A stretch of 64,000 bases of DNA from Octopus vulgaris. Its lineage: Eukaryota. The notes beneath the pieces were generated by a model, which ran no database searches, had not been told where the DNA came from, and saw only the letters and a list, made by a program, of their open reading frames with translations. Positions 52,283 to 64,000 of the stretch are shown here, one piece after another. A program made the position numbers and the translations under genes. The first letter of the stretch is position 1; every line of letters begins with the position of its first letter. The stretch covers positions 105,338,001 through 105,402,000 of the forward strand of contig OX597818.1 in the NCBI GenBank assembly GCA_951406725.2, given 5' to 3'.

Positions 52283-54185
52283 TTCTTAGGCTTCCAACAC
52301 TAACCATTACACAGTCTTTTCTTTTCAAAGTGCTGATCCCCTCGAATTTCATCCCAAGCTGTCAACTTGAAACTTACTCAAGAGAAACATAAATTTTGCT
52401 GACCTTATTGGTCTTAGAGAGACCTGTGAAAGCTATGACCAGAGCCCCTTCCTCATGAGCATGGAAATAAAAGAGATAAAACAAACAAAAAAAGAGTAAA
52501 AAAGGACAGGATGTCTTTCATTTGTTTTATAACAGTATTGTTGCAGGAGTTTTGTTTGACAATGTCATGTGACCGAAGTCAGCAGTCTTGGGTTGAAGAG
52601 TATTTAACGAAGCTGCTGCCTTTTCAGGAAAGTCAAGTTTGCTTTGTTTCAATGACAATGTAATAGTGATGCTACTGGCAGGGTTTTGAGAATTTATACA
52701 GTCTGATACAGGTGGAAAAGCCAATACTCTATAAATATTTTCTCAATTTTGTTTTGTAATAAGCTGGAGTAGGCTGTTTAATTATTGCTAATACAAACTG
52801 TCAAACTAATTACTATGTTAATTGGTGGAATTATATTCTAATATAATTCACTACTCACAAATGGAATAACATCCTGCAAAGAAACAAGAGGAGTTAAATA
52901 TTTCCTATTTCTCAGAAACAGCAGAGTGCCAGAATGAACGGTAAGCAGAAGTGTGGCTGACTAAATTCTTTTCACAACCAAGGAATCCTTTTATTTAAAG
53001 CTATTTTCTCCTAGACTCAAAGCTTTTGAAAGGTACGATCTACTCAATAAGCTTATTTTGTTTCATCGTTTCATCGTTTCATCGTTTAAGCTGGAAGATA
53101 TATGAAACTGATTAATTCTACATTTTACACTGCAGCATTGTAAAAGTTTTGAACACATTTCACAGACACTCCCACTCTCCCACCATATTACCTCTGTTTG
53201 CCCCCCCCCCCCCCACTGTATCTGTTAATCCTAAATTAGGAACAGCGGAACAGCTGCTTTACAGTATTAGTCTTGTTTCTCTGTGCTATGTGTCCAAAAC
53301 TCACCAGTGCTACTCTTTCACATTCATGTAGTCAAATCCTGTTTCCTTTATCCCCTAAGGTTAATGATGCATCTGTCAACCCCAACTTTTTCAACTAACA
53401 ATTTTCACAAACCACACATCTCTAGCTTGATTGAATTATTTTTAGTATTCTTCATCTTTACCTTTCAGCTCTGTGTAAAACATAGGTCCTCAACATATAA
53501 CTTCCAAGTCCTTCTCTTATCCTGTGTAATTGTTTTCTCTATTGGCATCCCTAGAAGAACGTCATCAGTCACTGAGACAGAGAAATTCCTTCCTTGTCTA
53601 TTGAAACAGGTAGGTTTGTTTTGCTTTCCCTTGATATTTTCATTGCAAAAAATGTTTTTAATGCAGCAAACCTATTAGCCATATACACAACCACCAACCT
53701 GAAAGACTATATATTTTATAATCAGATGAAGCTAATTGAGCCAGATTTCTACAGCTGGATGCCTTTCTTGTCACCGACCCTTACCTGCTTCCAAGCAAGA
53801 TAATGTTTCCCCATGGCCAGTCATGTTTATGCCAAATATTGGGAATGACATCCATTTATAAACCTCACGTGATGTCAAGACAAGGAAACACATCTGCACT
53901 CACACATAGATTTATATATATATATATGTGTTGGAGGAATAAAGGTAGAATGAGGTATATTTGCCTCTTGGCTGAAACAGCTGTAAGTTATTTTCCCAAT
54001 TTATATTCCTGTATGTTATATTTTAATAATTACTGGTATCTTTATATAATAATATATTTTTATATGTAAAGCATAATATGTTATACATGTATATTCTTGT
54101 AATTGTCATTTTAGTAAATAAATAAGTTGACATAATATGTCTAGAAGTTGACGAACCACCTATTGATCCCCTCCATTTTCTTATT

Positions 54186-54261
<76 letters not shown>

Positions 54262-54661
54262 AACACATACATACACACCCAACACATGATAGGTTTCTTT
54301 CAGTTTCTATCTACCAAGAAGCTAGACAGTGGGACTGAACCCAAAACCATGCCTTGCTTGCAGACAAGCTGGTGACACCATTCTTTGTACTTCCTGGAAG
54401 GTATCCCACACATACATACAAAATCTACACACACACACACACACCATCAGACCTTGTGCAGCCTCCTGGCTTGCCAGTCCTCAGTCAGAGTGTCTAACCC
54501 ATGCCAGCATGGAAAATGATCATTAAACATTGATGATGATGATGTATGTATGTATATAAGCAAATCAAAAACAAGTGAAAAAGATGTACGCAGTGAATGT
54601 ATTAGGCAAAGAATAGTCTGAGAAAAGCATGTGTGTGGTTACATGGCTGAAGTGACGTATG

Positions 54662-54820
54662 TGCGTGGCTGTATGGTTGAGAAGTTCATTTCCCAGCCAT
54701 ATGGATTTGGGTTCAATCCTACTGCATAGCTCCTTGGTCAAGTGTTTTCTGTTATAGCCCTGAGCTGACCAAAGCCTTGTGAGTGGATTTGGTAAACAGA
54801 AACTGAAAGAAACATGTCAT
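54662..54820 (+). mobile_element. tRNA-derived SINE
   Basis: tggctgtatgg A-box and gggttcaatcct B-box; same body as 650-1022. Confidence 0.75.
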
Positions 54821-55477
54821 CTCTCCATCTGTCTGTCTGTCTGTCTGTCTCTCTCATTGTGTTTTCTTGTCTTGACATCATGTGATTGTTGTAAATGGAT
54901 GTCATTCATTTCCAATATTCTGCAAAAACATGCTTGACCATAGAGATATATTATTGCCAATAATATGCATTCCTAATATCTAGGCATAAAAATCTGAATA
55001 AAAAAACAATGTATATCGTACATGAATAAATATGGTATACTTGCATCTCAGTAACCCAATCAGTTATATTGCTTGGACACACTGTAAAAACAATTATAAC
55101 TAATCTCTAAATTAAGTAGAAGGCTACACATTTGAGAGATGGATAAAGACAATCAAATAGACTCACCTCTCCCTCGGTACTCTCCCAGTATTTATTTTAT
55201 CAATACTGGAAGGATGAAAGGACAAAACAACTATAGCAGTATTTGAACTCAGAACATAAAGATATGCAACTGAACGCTGCAAGGCATTTTGTACAATACT
55301 GTAACTATTCATTCCAACTAGCACTCTGTAGGGACACTGTATAATTTGTGGGGGTTTGTATTAATTTTATTTATGTTTCTTAATTTTAAAAATCATTGAA
55401 TTAAAATAATTAAAAGATTACCATTTCCTATGTTTGTCTTTGCAGAAACAAACATCAAAATAAAGAACATTGTAACC

Positions 55478-56696
55478 ATGAAGCTTTTACTGATAGTTTT
55501 TATATGCATTATGTCAATATGCATCGTTAATACTACTTGTCCGGAATCATGCCAGTGCAACAAAGAACAAACAAAAGTTTCATGTAAGAGACAATCTCTA
55601 ACATCAGTCCCTAAATCATTGCCGACAACTACAGAAGTTCTCTCATTGGAATATAATTTACTACGAGAAATTACAGCAGAGTCTTTCAAAAATTTAGTTA
55701 AACTGAAAGAACTGGTTTTAACATCAAACAAAATTTCAGTTATCAGAAAAAATAGTTTTAAATACCAATCCAAACTGGTCTCTCTTTACTTGATCAACAA
55801 TATCATCCATACAATTGAAAATGGTTCTTTTGTTGGGGCCATTTCTTTAGCTAGTATTTATCTGAATTCAAATCAACTAAAAGATGTTCCATGTCTTTAT
55901 GGTTTAATCTCATTGAAACATCTACTCATAAATACCAATCAAATTTCAGAAGTATTCTTTCCTGCTGAATATAGGCAAATAAAAAATCTCACTTATATAA
56001 ATCTTTCTAATAACAAAATAAACCGTCTTACTGTTAATTCCCTTATGAATTTAAATGAGTCAAATATAAAGAAGATCTCATTTTCAAGAAATCAAATCAC
56101 AAATATTGAACCAGAAACATTTCGTGTCCTAAGTAACATAAATTCTTTGAATCTTGCAGAAAACCCTTTCACAGCAGATGTCCTTAAAAACTCTCTCTAT
56201 GCAATGAGAAATTTTAACCTTCGCTCTTTGGATCTTTCTGGATTAAAAAAGATAAATGTTCTTGCAGATAACATATTTGAAGCATTACAAAATACTTCCC
56301 TTCAAACACTAATCTTAAGTCATAGTAACATCTCACGTGTCAGCAGCAACACATTCAAACTATTAGATTCTCTTGAAGTTCTGAAGCTAGATTTTTGTCA
56401 AATTGCCAGTTTAGAAGAATCTACATTCACAAATTTGACTCATTTAAGAAGGCTCTTTCTGAATGGCAATTACATATCTAAGCTAACAGCAGTTTTCCCA
56501 TCGAAACTACTTTATTTGTACCTGAACAGTAATAAGATTCAGAAAGTCCCAAGCAAAGTTTTTGATGAGCTGTTTCATTTGATAGAACTTCACCTACAGT
56601 ACAATAAAATTGTACAGTTCGACAAAGACGCATTTATAGGCCTGGAGAATCTCAAGACTTTGAAGTTACAACACAATCATATTAATGTTATTCCAG
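55478..56696 (+). CDS. Toll-like receptor, first major coding exon (signal peptide, LRRNT, LRRs)
   Basis: accATG start. Hydrophobic leader MKLLLIVFICIMSICIVNT, LRRNT CPESCQC...VSC, and repeated LxxLxLxxN. Acceptor ttgcag just before 55446. Donor CAG|GTGAGT at 56696/56697 (phase 1). Confidence 0.92.
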
Positions 56697-57489
56697 GTGA
56701 GTAATAAAAGTTATCTTTTAAAGCAGACAAATAGCATTATGCTTTATTGAGTCTCAAGAAAGAGACACAGTTGATTTTGATGGTGGTGTGTCACCCTCCT
56801 GGCTGAGGAGTAAAAACAAAATGCCTCAGTAGATATAGTGCTGAACAACTAATCCTTATGTTAAAGTATTCTTCAAGCACTTGTGTATTTAGATACAATG
56901 CTTGTTTATTTAGGGAGTGCATTTATGTATTTAGGGAATTATACTTGTCTATTTAGGGATTTTCTTGTCAATTTAGCACTTAATTTTATATGCCTCGGTA
57001 TTCAGTATCGTCTGAGAATGCTACTTATCAGAAACTATCTTTTCATCTACTTGGGGCCTGAAATATGGAGGGCTGCACCATTTAAGCTCTATGAACAGGC
57101 TGTATCAAAGGCATACTGCTATAAAAAGTGACAAGAGTAAGAAAGTTAGATGATTTCCTATAAAAACTTTAATTAGAGGTATTAGTTAGAGTTTGTGAGG
57201 AGAGACTACTGCAATGGGTGTAATTTTCTAGATGAAGAAAAACCCTGTTATTTAATATTATAGCATCAGGTCAGTCATGACTGAGCAGAACAATGACTGT
57301 TGATGTTCCAGCTTTGAGCAACCTTTCCTTTTAGTGGGTATTTCTAGTGCTACATTTGCCAATGCTTCCTTCTTTTTTAAGACTGAGGGCTTGGAATTTT
57401 GAGGAAAGTATCATGGTTTGTGAATACATTATACATGAGGGAGTAAAAGAAAGTAGTAAAGTTCCTTCCTGAATCATATAGACTCATAG

Positions 57490-57700
57490 GGATAGTTTCC
57501 ATGGCATGAATATATTCCCCACCTAGACAGGACACTAGTCTGTTGCAGGATTACTCATTTTTACCAGCCGAGTGGACTGGAGCAAAATGAAATGAAGTGT
57601 TTTGCTCAAGAACACAACGTGTGAGTTGGTCCAGATATCAAAACCACGATTTTACAATTATGAGTCCAACACCCTAACCACTATGCCACATCCCTCCACT
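57490..57700 (-). mobile_element. tRNA-derived SINE inside the TLR intron (56697-57979)
   Basis: Minus-strand head 'gtggcatagtggttagggtgttggactc...ggttttgatatc' and a CORE-like 'ttgtgttcttgagcaaaacacttc'. Confidence 0.7.
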
Positions 57701-57979
57701 ATGCATGAGGGAAGTAGAACTAAAATCAAGATAAAATAAGTTATTGAAGGGTAAGATACATATGTTTTGGGTTTATAGAACAACTTATTCTTACATCAAT
57801 GCATAATTGATATATGAACGAAGTAAGGTGTGAGGAAAAGGTGCCGCCATCGGTCAAGGCTGCTGCACAACTAATGTGCAATGCCTGGAACAGGGTATGA
57901 GGATAATGAAAACATGTACTTGACATTATAATTATAGAACGTGATGTATGATGCAATGTTTATCTATTATTTCTTGCAG

Positions 57980-59259
57980 GTGGTTTATTTTCTACATTGG
58001 CTGGTCTGTCAGATTTACAACTTGGTTCCAATGACATAACTACTATACCTGAAGAAATTTTCATCAGACTAAAGTCCCTGAGTTTTCTGGATCTATCCAA
58101 TAATCATATTTCCAAGATGCCCAAAAGTTTTTCAAAAGAGTTAACTCGAATAAGAAAATTATATTTAGATTCTAACAAACTTGGGAAATTCTTATCTACT
58201 GACAAAAAGGGCTTCCTGCTGAGTGGTCTTAAAAATTTGGAAAGAATTGATTTATCTTATAATGAAATTCAAGGCCATTTGTCTAAGAAAATCTTTCAAA
58301 ACAATAAACATCTGAAATATATCTATTTCAGGGGAAATAAAATTACTGGATGGGAAAACAACACATTTGAGGTAACAAATTTAACACTGATGGAACTTGA
58401 TGTCAGTAATAACTTCATAATTACTTTTGATAGTGATTCTTTAAAGTATATAAACAGGAAGAAAAAGTTCAACATTACTTTGAACCCATTTGCATGTGAC
58501 TGCAATCTTCGTTGGTTCAGGGACTGGTTAAATACTACAACAGTAGATATTGTAGACAAAAACGACTTGATGTGCAACAGTCCTCCAGATTGGCAGGGCA
58601 AGAAATTACTTGATTTCAGTCGGTCAAAGATAGATTGTACTGACTATACGCTTTACTATATCTTAGCTGGTGGAGGTGGAGGTTTTCTCTTAACTGTTGT
58701 CATAGTTATATTTGCATACACTAAACGTTGGTACATCAAATTTAAGATGTTTAAACTTTATCAGTATGTACAGAAATCAGGCAATGAAAAAGAGTATGAA
58801 GCTATACCTGGAGATGACATGTATTTCGATGGGTACATCAGTTACTCTGACAAAGATAGTGAATGGGTTGAAAAGTATTTGATGCACACGTTTGATAATG
58901 GAGAAAATGGAGAAAATAAGAACAATGGAAACTTTAAACTTTGCTTTCGAAACAGGGACTTTGCTTATGGAAAATATATTATTGGAATGATAGAAAGTTC
59001 TCTGGCTGTGAGTAAGAAAATGATAGTGGTTCTAACACCATATTATAAAAAGGACAAGAGATGTGAATTTGAATTGCAACTTGGTATTATGAAGCTTAAT
59101 ATAAGGAATGTGATGCCTATTGTGCTCAAAAACTTACAACCAAATCAGATTCCCAATAGTCTGAAAGAAATCTTTGAAACAAATAAATTTATTGAATGGG
59201 ACAATAATGAGTATGCTACAAATTTTATAAAACGTAAACTGGAAAATTTCCTTAATTAA
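57980..59259 (+). CDS. Toll-like receptor, last coding exon (LRRs, LRRCT, TM, TIR); spliced protein 832 aa
   Basis: Acceptor ttcttgcAG|G at 57979/57980 rejoins in frame (INVIPG-GLFSTL). LRRCT NPFACDCNLRWF...C..P...C. TM segment YYILAGGGGGFLLTVVIVIFAY. TIR box1 FDGYISYS and box2 LCFRNRDFAYG. Confidence 0.93.
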
Positions 59260-59296
59260 CAGAACCTCTAAATATATATAGTTCATAACTATTAAG

Positions 59297-59335
<39 letters not shown>

Positions 59336-59644
59336 TCTTTAAGGGTCAGCTTGTAAATTCATGATGCAATGTAAGCCAGTCACTTCTGTGGTATAAAGAC
59401 AAATCAAAAGATAACTTAGAGTGAAAACTTTGAAAATCTTGCTGGAAAGAGTGCATTTTCCAAATTTCAAATCTCAAAAGGTACTTCATCCAGAGTAGTT
59501 ACTGGAAAAGAGGAAAAGAATCAAGAAAACAAAAGTCTTCCTGCAAAGCATCATTGTTCACATTGTAATTTTCCATTTGCTGTCTTTTTATTTAATCCTG
59601 AAAATATTTTATATGTAAAGCATGTACTCATTAATTTTTTACCC

Positions 59645-59800
<156 letters not shown>

Positions 59801-59801
59801 C

Positions 59802-60443
59802 TATAGTTCATAGATGAGAATCAGATATTCCCCATATAGAATACACTTAGTAGTGCTCAAGAGATTTAAACTTGAGCAGGTATAGAAATAATTGTAAGGA
59901 TAAGAAAGTTGAACAGATCAATATATAAAGTATATCAAATACATGAAATACAAAAAAAATGTATATATATATGTTTACACACAAAAAGGTCCTACTTACA
60001 GAGAATACGAATGACATAGAGAATTAAAGGTGTTGAAGAAAACTAATACAAATCCAACAGCTGTTTCTGGGGGCTCAGTGGTTCAAAATAATGTTTGTAG
60101 ATTAATTCCATTGTAGAATGAGACAAGCCTCCATCTTCAGGGAAGAGATCTTATGTTTGAGGTGTTGGAGGAAAGAAGTTCAAAGATGGAATGATTCTGT
60201 GGAGAGTTAAGTGTATCAGCAGGGGATTGGGGAGGTATTCAGAGAGAGAATAGTAGAAGGAGAAAATAAATTTCATGTAAACATATGTACATTTTTGTAT
60301 TTCATGTATTTAATATACTTTATATATTGATCTGTCTAACTTATCCCTACATTTACTTCTATATCTGCTCAAGTTTAAATCTTTTGAGCTCTACTAAGTG
60401 TATTCTATATGGGACTATCTGATTCTCATCTATGAACTGTATA
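59802..60443. repeat. Inverted repeat (~160-bp arms) enclosing a hammerhead-like motif; Penelope-type
   Basis: ~59802-59965 is the reverse complement of ~60285-60443. Minus-strand tcc-CTGAAGA...GAAAcagctgTT-gga at 60051-60145. Confidence 0.8.
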
Positions 60444-60451
60444 TATATATA

Positions 60452-60483
<32 letters not shown>

Positions 60484-60764
60484 CTCTCTCTCTTTCTCTC
60501 TGTGTATATATATATATCAACAAGCACATGTCAACTGCTACATACAGCAAACACACACACATTAGCCTCACATATACACATGTCCATACACATACTCAGA
60601 CATCCATACACACACACACTGTTGCCCACACATACATACTCACAAACTAGCCCCTATTCTACATACACATTCACACACACCATTATGAGATATACACACG
60701 TGCTAGCGCACCTTAGTTTGTTGTGGTCACCATTACTGCTGTTGTTCTTGTTGTTATCATCGTT

Positions 60765-60816
<52 letters not shown>

Positions 60817-60919
60817 CCATCATCATCATCATCTCCTCCATTCATTCAGTCTCTTTTTTCCAGTTATCTGGAACACACACATGCACACACACACATGCAC
60901 ACACACACATATATATACA

Positions 60920-61555
60920 CATTTAATGTCTTATTTCCATTCTGATATGGGTTGGATGGTTTGACAGGTGGTGGCTAGGCTTCATATCTGTTTTGACATA
61001 GTTTCTAGGCTAGATGCCCATCGTAATGCCAACTACTTTCTAAAGTGTACTGCTTCCATACCTGAAATTTCTTCTCTAGTTCTGCTAGTGATTCAGCAAG
61101 GTCATCAGTGTAGATAAGTTCGCAAAGGCAGCCAATCATAAATTCCTCTGTTATAGCCTGGAGGACTATGATAATCAAGAAGGGACTGAGAACCAATCCC
61201 TAGTGAAATCCTACTTGCACTCTAAATTCTTTGCTATACTCATTGGCAACTTTCACTTTTCTGACAAGGTCTCTGTACATGGCTTTTACAGCTCTCACCA
61301 ACCATTCATCTATCCCTAGCTTCCACATTGCCCTTCGGATAAGAGAACGGGGTACCCTGTCAAAAGCTTCCTCCACGTCAACAAAAGCCAGATACAGAGG
61401 TTTATTTTTGGCCAAGTACTCCTGCTATTACCTCACCAGAAAGATGACAGTAGTGCTTCTTCCTGACACAAAACCAAACTGTCTCTTTTAGGCTAACTCT
61501 CTTCCTATTAATTGAGCTGTAGTCCACCAGGTCCAGCAATTTGATGCCTCTGTAA
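60920..61555 (-). mobile_element. Decayed, internally deleted RTE LINE fragment
   Basis: KNKPLYLAFVDVEEAFDRVPR, LSPFLIIIVLQAITEEF and IYTDD. Confidence 0.8.
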
Positions 61556-61570
61556 TATACATACTTGTGT

Positions 61571-61609
<39 letters not shown>

Positions 61610-61613
<4 letters not shown>

Positions 61614-62240
61614 GTCTCACCAAGGAAATGACTAGAGACCGAGACCTATGGAAGTATGCTGTGCGTGAGAAGACCCGGCAAGACTAGTGAGGCCATAACC
61701 CGTGGCCTCTACCTGGGACGTAGTCAGTCCACCTGTGCATACCTTCCTTCTTGTGACACTTGTGAAGACCTGTTGAGGCAAGTGAAAATCAAACCAAAAT
61801 CAAACCAAATCAAAATAGATGAACATCAATGGAATTTGTATCTTTGTGGTACCAGTGCCGGTGGCACATAAGAAAACCATCCAAACGTGGCCGTAGCCAG
61901 TACCGCATCGACTGGCCTCTGTGCTGTGGGCACGTAACAAACACCATCCGATCGTGGCCGTTTGCCAGCCTCGTCTGGCACCTGTGTCGGTGGCACATAA
62001 AAAACACCATCCGAGCGTGGCCGTCTGCCAGCCTCGTCTGGCACCTGTGTCGGTGGCACATAAAAACACCCACTACACTCTCGGAGTGGTTGGCGTTAGG
62101 AAGGGCATCCAGCTGTAGAAACACTGCCAGATCTGACTGGCCTGGTGCAGCCTTCGGGCTCCCCAGACCCCAGTTGAACCGTCCAACCCATGCTAGCATG
62201 GAAAGCGGACGTTAAACGATGATGATGATGATGATGATGA
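61610..62240 (+). mobile_element. RTE LINE 3' end with 3'UTR repeats and (TGA)n tail
   Basis: Near-identical to 9408-9480 and 9960-10141. Confidence 0.85.
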
Positions 62241-62478
62241 TATATATATATATATATATTTGTCTTCAAAGCAAAACTGGATCTCTTCCTGTCAAGGATT
62301 CTGGATGAGCCTATCTCATGGCAGAATACACAGATGCGGTCAGAATCGTAAGACTCCCTCCTTCACGAAATGCCTCATATCAAAGGGGGTTTCAAATAGT
62401 GAAAATGTTGTAAAACTCGTGGTGGTGTCCCAGCATGACCACAGTTTTTGAGCTGAAATTAGTTAAAGATTTAAAAGA

Positions 62479-62526
<48 letters not shown>

Positions 62527-62634
62527 ATACTCTTTAAATCTTTAACTTTTGCTTTCAACATGTGATCTCTTAAGCACCACCAGCTCAAATATTTTCTCCT
62601 CTGTCTTCCCTCCTTGGGATCTTTCCTTCTCCTT

Positions 62635-62669
62635 GTTTCCGACGAAGAGCTCCGCTCGAAACGTTAAAC
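62635..62669 (+). ncRNA. Minimal hammerhead-like motif in a Penelope-type repeat
   Basis: gttt-CCGACGA-a-gagc-tcc-gctc-GAAACGTTA-aac with palindromic AACGTT as stem III. U4 is replaced by C. Confidence 0.55.
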
Positions 62670-63504
62670 CCTCCTTCCCTTCTTTCCTGAGCGTCAATAA
62701 TACTTTAATTGTTCCACGTCCTGCGTTGCTGTGTTTTTTTCTCTTTTTTTTCTGTGTTTTCTTGTTTGGATTAACTTTATATATATATATATATATATAT
62801 ATAGTCTACAGTGTGTTTGGTGTTAGAAGGGGGCATCCAGCCATAAAAACCCTGCCAAAACAGATACTGGAGCCTGGTGCAGTCTTCTGCCTAGCCATCT
62901 CCTGTCAAATCATCCAACGCACGTTAGCATGGAAAGCAGATGTTAAGCAAATTTGTTCATGTGTGATGAACCAGTTACAAACACTAATGTCTTTTACTGT
63001 CCTCTTGTTAACTTCAGCTATACTGTCCCATTTTTTTTAATTGAATTCCTCCCTTCCTCTAGTTTTTCTGCTCCTTTCTCTTCCAAATCTTTACCTCTTC
63101 CCCTTTCTTCTTTATCCTTCTCCCTTATACTGATGCTTATCTTCATTTCCTGCCCCCATACTTGTACTATTCCTTCAGTGTTTTGCCTATCAATGGGCCT
63201 AATGAGAAAGCCTATCAATAACGAACCTACTAATGGCTACTGGAAACAGCTGTAAATCAAATTTACTACAATAAAGAAAAATATGTAATGACCATTATTT
63301 ATGCCTTGTCTTTTATATCATTCTGTGTAAAATCAGTATAACTGGAGCACAAACATGGATTTACAATATACAATAGTGATGAACTATAACCTCAGACCCT
63401 GCCACAAGATCACACAGGTTCTTTACTAATCTCAGCAATATTGTTAGCTTAATGTACTAACAGAGTTTATAAAGTATTTTGCCCAAAATGATAATCCCCC
63501 CACA

Positions 63505-63544
<40 letters not shown>

Positions 63545-64000
63545 TCAGAGGCAAGGAAAAGTAAATGAACAAAAAAACATTATGCCCCTTGTTCCATTAG
63601 TTGGAACCGAACCAGCACTCCAGTTGTTCAGACAATGGTATTTCCTTTGTCCTGTCAAAGACCACGATTATTAATGGTCGAAGGCAGTGAACTATGGCCC
63701 CCACACGGTCATGGAAAGTTTTAAAAAATTGAAATGCTGGGACAACGTTATAAATATGGCTAGCATTAAGTTAGTTGGTCAGTCAGCGAGAAACCATGAG
63801 AGGGTCAGTGTGAGCGGAGCGGACAAGGGAATGAGCTAGAGATGGTGGAGTCGGTGAGAGGCAGCCACAAAGATGACAGCCAGGGTCTAGAGAGAGACAG
63901 ACAGTGAGTGGGCAAGAGACAGGACGAGAGGTAGTAAGGAAGATGACAGTGAAGGGGCAGAGAGAGACATAAAGAAGCCGGACTACTATAGTGGGGGTTG

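Noticed and set aside
55430-55477. ORF-track start at 55430 as the TLR initiation codon
   Set aside because: It lies in the polypyrimidine tract upstream of the acceptor at 55445. ATG 55478 has better context and directly precedes the signal peptide.

Overview
AT-rich, repeat-saturated animal genomic DNA. The SINE, RTE and microsatellite landscape suggests an octopus or related coleoid cephalopod (inferred, not verified). I can support one host gene: a + strand single-cysteine-cluster Toll-like receptor with coding exons 55478-56696 and 57980-59259 (832 aa: signal peptide, LRRNT, LRRs, LRRCT, TM, TIR). Its TIR BB-loop has Tyr in place of the usual Pro. The rest is nested mobile DNA: RTE and CR1/L2-type LINEs, an RLE-type LINE fragment, Penelope-like fragments with minimal hammerhead-ribozyme motifs and inverted or tandem repeats, tRNA-derived SINEs, a full-length decayed mariner, Tc1, hAT and Helitron remnants, MITEs, and a complete 4.19-kb Ty3/gypsy LTR element inserted in a hAT transposase. 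Two signals stand out. (1) The gypsy primer-binding site has no TGG; it is instead the exact complement of the first 12 nt (5' end) of tRNA-Phe, which suggests priming by a 5' tRNA fragment. (2) A ~790-bp foldback at 25273-26063 has arm mismatches strongly skewed to G.U-compatible pairs on the + strand, consistent with either a selected hairpin RNA or a retro-fixed ADAR-hyperedited RNA. All alignments and counts were done by eye, and most repeat boundaries are approximate.
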